From NCBI GenBank assembly GCA_973895155.1, contig OZ316894.1, positions 14,872,699 to 14,936,698 of the forward strand: 64,000 bases of DNA. The letters run 5' to 3'. Below the pieces are notes generated by a model that did no database searches, was not told the DNA's origin, and saw only the letters and a program-made list of their open reading frames with translations. Position 1 is the stretch's first letter, and each line of letters begins with the position of its first letter. A program made the translations under genes and the position numbers. Source of the DNA: Marsupella aquatica (Eukaryota > Plantae > Marchantiophyta). This document shows positions 10,701 through 24,175 of this stretch, piece after piece.

Positions 10701-13700
10701 AGAAGCTCCAAGTTCAGGCCCAACAGATCTTTAGCTTTCCCATGTTGCATGTGGGAAAGATGCACCTTCACCTCCCTCTCTGTAAACTGAATGGTGTCCC
10801 CAAGGGGCAAAGGCATGCCACTAGCATCTGGAAAGAAATACAAGGATGTGACATAGGTTACCAGGTCCTGGTGATCCAAGGGGGGAGTAGTCTTGCCTGA
10901 TTGCATTCTCTCCCAAAAACGTTTTGGATGTTTGATGAACTCCTCACATAGTGATTGTTGATGACTCTTCAAGAAGCACCTCTTCTTGTGTTTGATGAAG
11001 TTCTTGTACATAGTGAATGCCAAAAGTCTCTTTTCCCCTGAATGTGATCTTGCTTGCATCCTTGCTCTAGCACAATCCTCGTCAAACCAAGCCTTCATGT
11101 TTTGCTTTCTAGGGGGTTTGGTGGAGAAAGTAGAGGCTGCTGCTTGTGCTATGACTTCTGAGAGCTCAATCTGATCATCCAGGGTATGGAGAAGATGTTC
11201 AAAGTTGGCTTTGAAGATGACTTCTCTATCAGGGTCTACAAACAGAGGTTTGGGTACTGGCTTTCTATGCACTTTGTTTGGGATTGTGGTCAGGTCAAGA
11301 TGGAACAACAAAGGCAAGTGTGAAGACTCTGGTTGTTGATCAAGTATTTGAAAGTCAACCACTCTAGTGGCAGAGGTAGGTGAGGCAAGAAGGTAATCAA
11401 TGGTACTACATCCTTGTTTAGATCTAAAAGTGTAACCAGATGATTGGGGAAATCTCTCAAGCCCATTCAATATTCTTAGATTACAAGAAGCTCCCAAATG
11501 CAAAAAGTGACGTGTCATGTCATTTGTTCTGGTGTCATGAGCCTCTCTCACCCAAGGTATCTCTTCACTACATGATGACCAAGGTAAAGTTCCTAAGTCC
11601 TCACTTTCAGTAAATTGTTCATTAGATACCCTGGCATTAAAGTCCCCCACTATCCATGTCTCCCCTAGTGGTGATATATCATGAATGACTTGGATTAACC
11701 TATGAAATGGATAATGTGCATCAGCAATTCCCATCTTATAGACATTCATATTAAGGGGAGCAAAGTAGGTGACAATCAAAAATGATGGAGTACCTTTGGT
11801 ATGAAGTCTCACCACCATGAACTGCTTGCTGGGATCTTCATGTTCAATAGAGGTGATGTGTTGAAGTTGATTCTTGGTGTAGACAGCAATGCCTCCAAAC
11901 CCTCTTCCCCGTGTGGTCTTCTTCTCATTGAAGATGGATTGTATGCAAGTAAAGCCTTTAATGCTAGGTAGAGCATTTCCCTCATATTCCCAAGTCTCCG
12001 TGAAAAGCAAGATGTCAAAATTCTCAAACAAAGGTTCCCCTCCAATTGCTGTTTCTATGGAAAGTCCTGAAACATTCCATGCCATGACTCTCAAGGTCCC
12101 AATCCATCATTTAGAAACAACTCTCTTCTTATTGGTAACAACAGCTTGTCCATTGCGCAAGTAGGCTACCAATCCTTGGTCTTTGGCTACCCTCACCTTC
12201 TCAAGCTCAATTTTCCTTGCTTGGACTTGTGTGGGAGTCAGATCATCATCCAACCAAATCCTTAGCCCTTTAAGCATGCTCCTGTTAGCCATCACTCTAG
12301 CTTTCTCGGATTCAGCTGCAAACTTCACCAAGATTGGACGTGGAAGGTCCCCCTTCTTTTGCCCAATCCTATATGCTTGCAAAATGATAGGGTCATGCAC
12401 TTTCGTCTGAGATTGGAAGAATGAAATTGCTACCTTCTTGGTGTCTTCCTTCTCCTCCTCAACAAGGCCTGATATTTTGCAGTTGCTGACTCTTGCATGC
12501 TGGTTCTTGTGTTCTTCTTCTAGTGCTCTCCTCTCCTCCTCCTTGGCTTGGACAAATTCCATATGTGATTGTTTTGCAGCCTGTGCAAAGGTTTTGAGCT
12601 TCTCCTCAATCTCCCCTACAGCCTCATGTATCACTGATTTCTCTGGGCACATACTCTTCTCCATGTCTCCAAAACACGATGCAAGCAATGAGAGTTGCTT
12701 ACCATTCTCCTGAGTTTGAGATCGAAGATCACTAATCAACCTCTTTTGCTTGACATTCTCATTCTTTAGCTCCGTCACCTCCTTGCTGAGCGTGGTAATC
12801 TCAATTGCGGAGTTTTCAACCACAACTAAGATTTTCTCAAGCAAAGCCTTGAGATGGGCAATCTCCTCCGTTGCCATCACAAAGCTGAAACTGTTGTTAG
12901 AATGTACTCTTAGACGACAAATAGAAATTGGGAGCAGTAGAGGATGTCAGTTGCAGCTCTACCTTTGCCAGTGATACACTCTCGCTGTTTGCAACACTCT
13001 GCCAAAATCTGAGCTCAAACCGCAGCCGATTGCCCTTCCAACTCGAAGTGAAATTTCGCCCCAAGCTCAGAATCCCGAAACTGGACACGTAGCAGATCGT
13101 GCATGCTAAAGTGCATACCAAACGATGTCGGTTGCAGCTCTAACTTTGCCAGTGATATATTCTCGCTGTTTCCAATGCTCTGGCAAAGTCTGAGCTTAAA
13201 CCGTAGCCAATTTCCCTTCCAACTCGAAGTGAAATTTTGCCCCAAGCTCAGAATTGCGAAACTGGAGACGTAACAGATCGTGCATGCTAAAGTGCATATC
13301 AAACAATGTCGGTTGCAGCTCTAACTTTGCCAGTGATACATTCTTGCTGTTTCCAATGCTCTGGCAAAATCTGAGCTCAAATCGCAGCCGATTGCCCTTC
13401 CAACTCGAAGTGAAATTTCACCCCGAGCTCAGAATCGCGAAACTAGAGAGATAGCAGATTGCGCATGCTAAAGTGCATACCAAACGATGTCGGTTGCAGC
13501 TCTAACTTTGCCAGTGATACATTCTCGCTGTTTCCAATGCTCTGGCAAAGTCTGAGCTTAAACCGCAGCCGATTGCCCTTCCAACTCGAAGTGAAATTTC
13601 ACCCCAAGCTCAGAATCGCGAAACTGGAGACGTAGCAGATCGCGCATGCTAAAGTGCATACCAAACGATGTCGGTTGCAGCTCTAACTTTGCCAGTGATA

Positions 13701-15784
13701 CATTCTCGCTGTTTCCAATGCTCTGGCAAAGTCTGAGCTTAAATCGCAGCCGATTGCCCTTCCAACTCGAAGTGAAATTTCGCCCCAAGCTCAGAATCGC
13801 GAAAGAGCTCAGTGAATACTTGAGTTTATGATGCATTGTGTGCAGATTTGGAACAATGATGTTGATTCCAATGATCCATATCGGGCACCGTGGGGAGATG
13901 ATCTTCGTGCTGTGTGTATGGGTAAACTGAATCCTTCTATCCGTGAGATTAAGAAGCAAGACTCAGGGGTTCTTCTTCATGTTTATGCTGTGTTGGAGAA
14001 CGATTGAGAGTATGTACAGGGGACTCTGTCAATGAAGAAGTTCAGGTCTCATTGTTCAGCAGTAATGAAAGCACAGCGAGCAAGACTCCACAAACATTTT
14101 CAGGAAGGTGGAAGACGCTTGGACAAGAAGCCCCCTGAGAATGTGAAGCCTGAACATTGGAAGGCATTGTGTGAGTGGTGGCTGTCTCCAGAAGGGATGT
14201 CTAGCATTGACAAGATGAAGTATGCAAGATCTAAAGTCATTAATCCATCAAGGGTTGGACGAGGTGGCTACCGTGGGAAGGAGTCTGACCTTGTAAGTAT
14301 ACAAGATTCATTTACAGTTATTATGAATGTTTGTAAACAACAAGTAGGCTTACAGCATGTGTCTTCCTTTGTTTTAGCAATTGGTATGTAAAGAAGCAAG
14401 AAGTTTCATTCTAATATGTATTGTTTGGTTTCATTGCTCAGAAGAGAAAAAGAGGGGAAAGTCCACCTCTGTCTGAGCTACGCTCAAAAGATGATAGATT
14501 TGGAGTATCAAGTGTGAGATCTGTCACAGGACAGACCACACCATCTCATCGGAGAGGCAGAAAGTCAATTGTGAGTATTAGTTCACAAGTCCAATTTTTG
14601 ATTTCCAAATTGCCAAGTCTAGGTGATATCCACTAACTTTTGTATGATTGTTCAATGGTTGCAGACACCAGGTTCCAGGGTTATGATGGGAGACGAGGAA
14701 GGACGTGATGAGCGTATGTTGAGTACAATTATGAATGCAATAAGTACAGGGATGAGTGTTGGGTTTAACAAAATGTTAACTGTTTTGACAAAACCTAGCC
14801 TAAGTCAAGATGTGGAAGAAACCAGAACTGTCCCAGTTGGGCCGGGACAGTCTTCAATGCCCTCACGAATGAGTTCAGTTCCGAAGTCATTCAGGCCGTA
14901 GTACTTCAGCTGTGAAACTAGACTTTTTGGTGGACTTGACCAAAGAAGGTATGTTCTTTACAGAGAACAGTTAAAGTATGTGTAATCAAGCATGCATGAC
15001 TTGGATTAGTGAATGTTTTCTAATGTCTTGAAATGTTAATGGGCAGTTGAAGATGATCAGGGGATTGATCTCAATGCTGCTGTGGAATACAATTATGACC
15101 CAGTGATTGTGAAGCAAGAGATCAATGAAGAAACAGAGGTGGTATATAGTTCGCCTGCGCAGCATGATCAAGCAGGCAAAGATAAGGTTGGAATACCATC
15201 TAAACCCTAAACTTTGTACTATTAATGTGTTCATTATCCCATGAATTTGTAATATGAACCTGGTAGGGCATGCTTATGTAAGTTGTCTCACCCTAATCTG
15301 TTTTGCAGGAGATAATAGAAGCTTTGACACCTGAAGTTATTTTGACAAAGTCATCTGAAGAAGCCATTGTTACAGAGTTTTCAAAGTCGATCCCTTCACC
15401 TTTTGTCTTGAAGGTGAGCAAAAGCAAATGATTGCTTTCAATACATGTCCTATTTGTTTATTTGCTGTAACTTGTCATTAACAAGTCTAAGTAATGAAAT
15501 GGTTGTGTTATGTTGTTGATGTGTGACAGTTTAAAGTAGGAGACATGGTGAAATTGAAATCACCAGTGGATCAGCAGGTGATTGCTATTGCCAGAATCGA
15601 TGGAGTGTGTGGACTTGATCGATATTATGACAACCTAGTTCCTACTGGCTTCTTGATTGTCAAAGTTGTTTCTATTTTGAATGGAGATGCACCTCTCCAA
15701 GAAAAGCACCCAGAAGGCTTGGTAGCCCTCAAACATGTGAAGGGGCACCCATTTTTGTGGAGGCAGAAGTTAATGAGGAAGTAG
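7731..15784 (+). CDS. CACTA-1 second (TnpA/Ptta-like) multi-exon gene; exon structure only partly resolved
   Basis: Exon 14032-14292 KPPENVKPEHWKALCEWW..ARSKV..SRVGRGGY (Transposase_24-like). Last exon 15531-15784. Many short GT-AG introns. LINE-A copy 2 lies in intron 8682-13845. Confidence 0.65.
8872..12094 (-). pseudogene. LINE-A ORF2 with one +1 frameshift (~10484)
   Basis: ORFs 10475-12094 and 8872-10485. TCCAAACCAAG here versus TCCAACCAAG in the continuous copy 3. Confidence 0.95.
12107..12880 (-). CDS. LINE-A ORF1, 257 aa
   Basis: Near-identical to 3499-4272. Confidence 0.9.
   Translation of the reverse strand: MMATEEIAHLKALLEKILVVVENSAIEITTLSKEVTELKNENVKQKRLISDLRSQTQENGKQLSLLASCFGDMEKSMCPEKSVIHEAVGEIEEKLKTFAQAAKQSHMEFVQAKEEERRALEEEHKNQHARVSNCKISGLVEEEKEDTKKVAISFFQSQTKVHDPIILQAYRIGQKKGDLPRPILVKFAAESEKARVMANRSMLKGLRIWLDDDLTPTQVQARKIELEKVRVAKDQGLVAYLRNGQAVVTNKKRVVSK
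12943..13804 (-). repeat. 181-bp monomer array (~4.8 units)
   Basis: Same unit as 4335-5372. Confidence 0.97.
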
Positions 15785-16489
15785 GATTAGTAATTGAGGA
15801 GTAAAGCTTGCAATAGAGAATCCATGTGATTGAAGAAGTATGTAGGTTCCCATATAGGTAGCATGGATACTATTGTGCAACTATGGCTCTCAATTTTTGG
15901 ATTCCCAAATGTGTATCACTCTGGAATTTTGTTGGTGTTTGAAATGATGACTTACTAAGATTGTGTCATTTCTCAAATTTATTTGAATGTGTATGTGAGA
16001 CATTTGAGGTTTTTGCTATTGCTATTTAGGGTTTAGAACTTTAAAACTAATGTCTCTACATCTAGTGATTCGACATTCCAATGTACTATCATTCAAGTTC
16101 TATAGTACACCCAAATCACTACAATTGAAGTGATCAATACTAGACTATGGTCATACTACTGTAACTATAGTTATCAAAGATATGATGTTCATCACCCATT
16201 TTAAAGTTGTAACGTAGCAATCTATAACACTTAAGATGTAATCATATAGCAAGTAATAATGGATTGAATGATAGGTCTGTAAATACAGTCATATATAACA
16301 AATAACAAAAACTTTACAATTACTACTTCAATTTAAGACATATATCAAGAACTAAATTGCAAAATAATATCTTTATTATATCAAACTTAGTTATATAGCT
16401 GCAAGTATTACATGTGTCTAATACGTCATGTTATCACTTTAAATTTAGTGACACTACAAGTTGTAAATGTAATTTGGTTATGATTTCAA

Positions 16490-17035
16490 TTCTAGTCATA
16501 TAACTAGTAACTATTAAAAGTTGACACAAAGTATCTTTAAGACTCAAAATCTAGTCATATAGTGGCAAGGGCTATATAGTTTCTACTTGAATTCTAGTCA
16601 TGAAAGAAGTTATTTGAGGTTCAAGGTGCATTGACCACAATTGACTTTTGGTAATTGTCACCCCCAATGATTGTGGAGACCGCCACATGTTTAGGTATCA
16701 TTTGTCAAAAACAGTCATCATAGTAGTTGTTTTGGGAAAAATTTAATAATTGTTATTTTTCTAGTCATATAACTAGTATTAAAAGTTCGACACAAAGTAT
16801 CTTTAAGACTCAAAATCTAGTCATATAGTGGCAGGGGCTATATAGTTTCTACTTGAATTCTAGTCATGAAAGAAGTTGTTTGAGGTTCAAGGTGCATTGA
16901 CCACAATTGACTTTTGGCAAATGTCACCCCCAATGATTGTGGAGACCGCCACATGTCTAAGTATCATTTGTCAAAAACAATCACCATAGTAGTTGTTTTG
17001 GGCAAAATTTAAATAACTGTTATTTTTCTAGTTAT
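16490..17035 (+). repeat. ~270-bp direct tandem duplication in the CACTA-1 subterminal region
   Basis: TTCTAGTCATATAACTAGTA...GACACAAAGTATCTTTAAGACTC...GGAGACCGCCACATG occurs at ~16490 and ~16759. Confidence 0.9.
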
Positions 17036-17242
17036 TTAAGACCGTTGGGTTTGAAACCGACGGTGACATAAACCACTCATACATTTTGAGTACTTGTTAT
17101 AAACGACTTCATGCTCAATACGACTAGTTGTCTAAAGCGACTGACATTAGTGCACTCAAACCATTGAGTTGTAAATTGTCCGTTATCACTCTGAAACAAG
17201 TGAATTATAGGTAGTGATAAAATCCCGATTTCCTTCTAATGG

Positions 17243-18589
17243 CCGTATATGTGTGAAAGTGTGGGATCCCCAAGGATTGGAGCAATTGAAGCAGGATGTT
17301 GCTTATGTCCTCTGTGACTTGGAGATATACTTCCCCCCTGCTTTCTTTGATGTTATGACTCATCTCCTAATCCATGTGGTAGAAGAGCTAGGGCAGTATG
17401 GGCCAGTCAGTACCAGATGGATGTACCCTATGGAGCGATACATGAAGTTGTTGAAAGGTCATGTGAGAACATACTACAGGCCAGAGGCTTCCATGGCATT
17501 GGGGTACATTAAGGATGAGACGTTGGGATTCCTAACAGAGTACATGGCTGGGTCTGGTGAAGCTATGACAAGAGTTTGGAAATCTGGTGAAGATGATGGA
17601 GTGAGTGGCGAGGTTGTTGAAGGTGTGGGACGTGCTGTTCAGCTGCCTGTTGCGATTCGAGACAAGGCTCATTCATATGTGTTGGCAAACACAGAGCCTA
17701 TGCAACCATGGTGGAGGTGAGTGATTGAATTGACTTGCCTTTGTTGTGATGCTTCTTGTCTGTTCCAAGGGTGATCTTAGGTTGTCATGTGTTGTTTAGA
17801 CCTAACTATGCCTGTACCTCATATTGCAGGGAATATGATATGCAAAAAGCTGCACACTCTGGGCAGCAGGATCCCTTCCCACAGTTCGAGCAGTGGATTC
17901 GGGTGACAATTCGAGAGCATAGTAGACATCACCCAGATATGGAGAAGGATTTGTATCTTCTATCTGTGCCACCGCGATTGTCTATTCTGACCTACAAACG
18001 AATGAGAGCTTATGGAAATCATTATCGAGTGAGGGATGAGCAGGGTGACCATTGTGTATCATATGATTGTGGTTTGATTTCTGTGTTTGAGTAGAGGACC
18101 TCTGAAGAACAGAGGGGGTGGATGAAGATGGGTTACGTGGGGGAGTTGACCGACATTTGGGTGTTGAATTATGGTAACACAAGTGTCCCAATGATATTGA
18201 TGAAGGGATCATGGGTGAAATCAGAGTGGCAGAGACCAAGGGCCACCATGAAGCATGATCATGATGGGTTCTTGTTGGCCAATTTTAGGTCCAGAGTACC
18301 AGAATGGTCTGAGCCTTTTGTTTTCCCTAGCCAAGTTGAACAGGCTTTCTTTGCAGATGTGGAGGAGTCACATGGCTGGAGGGTGGTATGCCATAGCCAA
18401 GCACGGAACAGGCGGATGGATGGAAGTAAAGTAGAGTTCAGTTTGGATGACCATGCTGCATTCGAGCATCCTAGTCATGAGACTGTACTTCCAACTCGGG
18501 CAGGGACTGACTACATCCCCTTAACATTGAGAGAGACATATGATGAACCTGGGCAAATGGAATATGATGAGGTTGATGATTTGCAATAG
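17243..18589 (+). pseudogene. CACTA-2 TnpD-like transposase C-terminal part; intron ~17717-17828, premature TAG at 18092
   Basis: RICVKVWDP, FPPAFFDVMTHL, WMYPMERY, EASMALGY, AYGNHYRV, FPSQVEQAFF. Same intron position as in CACTA-1. Confidence 0.88.
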
Positions 18590-18766
18590 GCAACAGCTGG
18601 CGATTGGCAAGTATGAGGTTGAGGATGACTACCTGCACAGAGTCACAGAACAGGAATTGCTGCCTGGAATGATGTTTAGGATAGTTGGATATGCATGAAA
18701 TTGATTGATACTTTGAATTTAGTGTGCTGATTCTCCCTGTTTGGTTGTGGGTGCTGTGCAGAAGCT

Positions 18767-21700
18767 ATGGGGGAAGAGGGTGATGACATGGAGACAGACA
18801 TGGGGCTTGGAGAGTGGGGTGAAGAGGAAAGATTGGATATGGATGGAGACCCAGATGCAGGGGCCTCACAGAAAAATGCACCTGTGCAGGATGCACAGGG
18901 CCCTCATCAAGTCCCAGGTAGGTGGGCAGCTAGAGAGAAATCACATAATCCATATATACCCTAGAAGGAGCCAGAGTTATTGGCAAGGGACGCCTGATAA
19001 TTATGATGATGACTATGATGGAGCAGAAGATGGATGGGATGAATATGAACACCCAGAGCGTGGTAGAGACGGGTACAGAGGGCAATGGAAAGGTGAGGAG
19101 GATGATTGGACAAGTAAGTGCCTTGTGCTAGTGATTTTGTGATGGTAGTGGAGATTTAGCTCAATATGGACTTATCTGATGTGTAGCTAGGGCAAAGAGT
19201 TTATCTTACAGGTCCATGAGTGTGGCATGTACCTGTTGGTATGCAGACTCTGATTGGGACAATCACAAAAACAACAAAGGCCATCCACGTTCAGATAGGC
19301 GGCAATCATATTGGCGGGAGAAACGGCCCTAATTCATCAAGACAAAGCAATAGGACAGGTGGTCCAGAACCATCTATGCGCCAAGGGAGAGGTAACTTGG
19401 TCATTGCAGAATTGCTCTGAAGTCCAGTGTATATTTGGCAGCAGGATTTATGATTCATACTTACCTAATGTAAGTGACTGTAAATGGATCCTGTAAATGT
19501 GCAGGGACTCCAGGGAGGTTTGGACAATGCAATCCAGGCCGTGGGGGGAGATCAGGCCGTGGAGGGACCCCAGGCCGTGGGGGGACACCAGGCCGTGGAG
19601 GGACACCTAGTAGCGCTTCAGGGAGTACCAAGGCAGGAGACAGTAACAAATTTGGTAAAGTAGAAGTGAATTCCAAAGGTTGGATAACTCCCACATGTGA
19701 TGGTAAGAACCGTTGGCATTCTGACCTAAGAGGAGAAGTATTGCGTTGGTTAGATTTGAGCATTACAGAGTTTAGGAGTCAGAACAAAGCTGATTGGGCT
19801 GCTATCTGCAAGGACATTCTTGAACGGTGGGACTATGGTGGTAATGATGGTAAGGGCCCAGTTGAAGATTGCATATCAGATTATGCAATGAGGATTTTGA
19901 AACAAGAGAGGCATAGGTTGAAAAGGATGTGGATAGACAATGGTTCTAACTGGAGAAGGCCACCACCCCCATCATTGGAACTGGATCAATGGACACGGTT
20001 AATCAAAGGGTTCATGTCGGAGGCTGGACAGAGCAAGAGTGAACTGATGTCAAATGCTCGAGGCAAAGTGAAACACCTTTCACAGGCTGGGAGAGGAAGT
20101 TATGCTCCAGTGAAAGAACAATTGGTAAGGCAATGACATGCCTGATAGTAAGCCTCAAACTTATCATCTTGCTACCATTATTACATTTTCATTGACAATC
20201 AACACTTGGTTTCATTCATATGTATGTTGATGTGGACTGTAGAAGAAATTGACAGGTGAAGAACCATCAGCACAAGAAGTGAGAGAGGAATTCATGAAAC
20301 AAAGGAGTGAGGTGACAAGTGTGACTTCCAAACAGGTGATTATGTTGTAATTCTGTATGTTCTGTAACTATTTGGCCTTGAGCATCAGAAAGAAATGTAG
20401 TAGGAAGTAAGCAACCAGTTCTTGGGGACAGTTATCTGAGATATGTAAGCTGTGTTATGACAGGGAACTGTTACAACTCTCACAGAGATGTGTGAACGGT
20501 TGAAGTCATTAGAGTGTGGACTCCCTCGAGTGGAAAGTAAATTGGCTGATCGTTTGGATATTGTGGAGGCATCTGTAGCGAACCTTCTTGCATCAGTGGA
20601 ATCTAATTTCAAGCTTGTGATTGAAAAATTGGGTGGTTCCCAACCAAACAATGAGGACAACATTGTACAAAGTGTGCCCTTGTTAACAAAAAAGGGAATT
20701 GGCAAATCTGACACAGGTATGGAAATGACACCGGCCCATTGTTCATTGTGTCCTATGTTCAAATGTTAGAATGAATTGAGTGAATGGTTTGAATGCAGGA
20801 AGAGTGGAGGCAGAGAAGGACCCTGTAATCAGTAAGCAGAAGGGCAAGAAGGTTGCTGAGACAGGTAACCTGCTATGATCCAGTACATTACATTTGAAAA
20901 GTGCATGGAGTTTTGTGAAGCTTAAGCCGGTTGGAGGTAATCTTTTATGTAAGAACTGGTTGGATGAACTGGGATCTGAAGTGACATCATGATTGATGTA
21001 TCAGGTGATTCAAAGAGCAATAATGAAGAAGATGTGCCCAGTGCCTCAGTGACCATAGCCAAGGAGGTATCAGGTAAGCTGATGCTTTAAATTCCTCTAT
21101 ACGAATGTTGAGCAACAATTCAGTGGTTAATAGATTCAACCTGAATATTGTGGTGTGTTTATTGATCAACAGAAGCAGACATGGAGCATATGGCAATGGC
21201 AAAGAAGGGGAAGAAGGCTGTTCATAATGGTAAGGAGATAGTGACAACTTTGTGGTTGGTGACATGTACATTTAGCACATGTGATGAGTGATTGACTTAT
21301 GTTGGACATGACATTGAATTGTAGTTGATGCAGAGTTGACAGACTCTCAACCAAGTGGGAGTAGGGTGAAGTGACGTCGAAACTTGGGAGCAACATTGGA
21401 TGCAAGTAAGATTGTAGATGCTTCAATTGAAGCAAGTACAATGTTGGCAGATACTGAGATGATGTCGCAGGGAAATCCTGCTACACAATCAGAAGTGTCA
21501 AATATGGATGCAGATTCTTTGAAGAAGAGTGTAGCCAATTCTCGATCACCAGCACAAAACACTCGTGCCAAAGTCATGACTCGCAACCAAGGTATGAATA
21601 ATGTCATGTATAAGCCACCCAGGAAAGCCAAGAAAAACAGCCAGGGTAAGGTGGAGGTGATAGCCACAGCAGAGCCAGTCCATAATCTTCTATCATGGGA

Positions 21701-21929
21701 GGATGACTCGCAGGTATGTGTGGGTATAGGCATTTTGCGACCGGATCATGCAAAATTCCATGGCAAAGTGGTCCCGGATGACCATGTAGTAGTGTTGTTG
21801 ACTACAGTGATTGGATCTGATTGTAATTTGCCATTTCCGAATAGAGACGATGATCCACCTCAGGAAATAATTGCAGATGCAATAGGATCTCTTGTGCTCT
21901 GGCCATCAGAGTGTGTTAGTCTGCAGTGA
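18767..21929 (+). CDS. CACTA-2 second (TnpA/Ptta-like) multi-exon gene; exon structure partly resolved
   Basis: PPPSLELDQWTRLI..SELMSNARGKV..GRGSY exon. Last exon FHGKVVP..VVV..LPFP..AIGSLVLWP. 18-bp (PGRGGT)x4 repeat at ~19535-19605. Confidence 0.65.
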
Positions 21930-22755
21930 CTGAATGCAAGTGTAGATAGAATCATGTGAATTGTGTCACATTTTGACATTGCCTTGGAAAGATCCAAGAA
22001 ATATCTGTACCAATTTTTCCATTTGGTAAAGAGGATGAAGGAGACGTTGTGTGTGACATTGATATTTCTAAATTCTGTATGTATGAAACAAGTGATTGAT
22101 GTCAAACTATGGCTCTATGGTGATTGTCTATGATACTTGAATCTATTTTATAATTTCAGTATTAGTGTGTATGGTATAGAGGAATACTTTGTGACCTTCT
22201 TTGTAGTCTATGAAGTTTGAATCTGTGAATTCATATTAGTGTACATGGTATAGAAGATGGCTTTCTGAAACTATGTATTCTAATGTTAACATGATGAATG
22301 GTGAACTTATAGAGTGAGTTCATTCCAAGTACACAATAAAACATGAATGCAATATGTTATTTGTGCACAAGAGTGGGTTCATTCCAAGTAGTATAGTGGG
22401 GTCTTCATCACTCATATCCAGTTGACATGAAAGACTTATACATACCCCACAAAGTATATTTAAAGACTACCCTCCATAACCTTTTTAGTCGTTCCCAACG
22501 ACTCATCATCGCAGCCCATAAAAGACTGAAAACGACTCACCAAAGCTACCCACACAAAGACTAAAATAGACTGAAAATTCAGTCTATTAAACGACTTATA
22601 AACCAGTTCTATAAAGGACTCAGTTGATTATAGTAACAAAACATACGACTCGCAGTCCTATAAAGGACTGCAGTCCTTCCCAGTCGTTTCCAAGTCCTAT
22701 ACGGTACTGAATAGTCGTTTAATGGGGTCTAAATACCCCCCGGTTTCTACTAGTG

Positions 22756-23020
22756 TGACAACCCTGACCCGAGAGCAAATAGCTTTGGAGAAACAAAAGG
22801 TTAATCCTTTTTTGCATTTGCGAGAGAAAATCTAACTCACCCCGACCCTTTTGGTCTATCCATACGCTCTAACAAAGCAATGCAAAATTTTGGAGAGTGA
22901 AAAGTACCATCAAAGACTTCCAAATTTCAGTTTCTTTCAACCATGTCGTCAACATGTTCGTAAAGAGCTTTCACTATCGACTCTGTAGCAAAATTCAAGA
23001 TCCCTGCTAGTTTTGCAAGA
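22756..23020 (-). pseudogene. Continuation of the Zn-finger DNA-transposon-like gene broken at 58162
   Basis: Removing 23021-58161 and one CAAGA gives continuous NHEANPL|AKLAGILNFATESIVKAL, later GELDFLSQMQKRINLLFLQSYLLSGQG. Confidence 0.7.
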
Positions 23021-23940
23021 TGTCACTCCAAAAGCTTTGTTCTTAATTGGATTTCAGCTTAAAGGCGGCCATAAACTCCATTAATATTAAGGTTCGGGCA
23101 AGGAGGGACGTGCATACAGTACCGTATTCCACGAACTTGACACTAACTGTGCCAAATCCTATTGTTCCCGTATCATACGTATTGTTTGTGTTCCGCCGCC
23201 GAATTGTACCTCAAGTCGATAGCTAGATCAACCTAGGGTTAAGGACTTCTAAGCCTTTGTGTTGTTCGCCTCCGATCTGGATCTGATAATGCGGGCAGCT
23301 AACTTGGGCCCAAAACCACTATCTGCAGCCTACACCCCGTGCACGGCTCGTATAGCACATCTGGCCCAACATTCTCTATCCGCATACAAGATGTACAATT
23401 GTCTTAGCATTCACAACATACACACTTGATTTACACGAAGGAAAAAGTGGGGGAAAAGACTTTACTTCAGAATCCATTATGCACATACACATGGTTGACT
23501 CAACTTCTTCTAAATACTCAGGCCAAAGGCAAAGAGGCATACACTACAACTTAACTTAGCCCGGCTCCGCGCTCACCCAACGAGCTCAGTTGTACCCTCA
23601 ATCCTTGGAACTTCTATTCAAGAAGGTTGGGACTCCCTGCACATCCTGTAGATCCTCGGTTTTGAACCTAAAATCCCCCCCTTTGCATCTATCGGGGGTG
23701 CACTAAATACTAACTAAGAGCCGTGACCAGGAGTGGTCACGTGCTTGAGTTCTAACCTATGCTAGTCCTATCTAAACGACAATACGCTAAAATGGTTTGT
23801 CATTTATCCTAAGATACTACACTAAAAGGGTTGTCGGCGCCGCTCTAACTAGTTCCGATGCTCGTCAGTAGTGTCCTACTCCTACGGCTAAACCTACGCT
23901 ACTCCAAACCATCAGCGTTGCTTAATGTCTGGCTTGCTTA

Positions 23941-24175
23941 TTACATCCGCCCGAGTGAGACTTGGATCGGCCGTCCCGTTGCCTCCTCAGCCGGTCGACG
24001 TCTTGCTTGAGGATTTGGACCTGGCTGTTCCATGAGAGAATCATTTTCTCTCTTTACCGCGTCCGTCTCCTCTACGGCTTCCTGGTACCCCTCTTCCAAT
24101 TGCTGACCATCGCTTGTCAGCTTGGCCACCAGTTGGTCTTGTTTAGTGGCTTCTTGTTGAAGCCGTGTGCCGGAT
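23941..24175 (-). pseudogene. C-terminal coiled-coil remnant of the LTR-encoded ORF in element B
   Basis: KQDQLVAKLTSDGQQLEEGYQEAVEETDAVKRENDSL versus KQDQLAAKLTSDTQQLEEACQEAVEETDAARRENESL at ~28190-28305. Confidence 0.85.

Larger units (their letters stand above)
8745..13804 (-). mobile_element. LINE-A copy 2, from tail to monomer array
   Basis: (TGGTAA)3 tail at 8745-8762, ORF2, ORF1, ~4.8 monomers. Flanks rejoin as CTCTTA|GAGCTC with no clear TSD. Confidence 0.96.
5373..17216 (+). mobile_element. CACTA (En/Spm) DNA transposon 1, 5' part missing, interrupted by LINE-A copy 2
   Basis: TnpD-like and TnpA-like genes, AT-rich subterminal repeats, right end ...TTATAGGTAGTG (= CACTACC) at 17216. 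Confidence 0.85.
17243..22755 (+). mobile_element. CACTA DNA transposon 2 (different family), 5' part missing
   Basis: TnpD C-terminal part, second gene, subterminal ACGACT/AGTCGT motifs at 22490-22720, right TIR TTTCTACTAGTG (= CACTAGTAGAAA) ending at 22755. Confidence 0.9.

Noticed and set aside
22754-22770. TGTGACAACCC as the start of an LTR
   Set aside because: Better explained as the CACTA end TAGTG abutting the reverse strand of the split gene (SGQGC). No matching end or TSD found.
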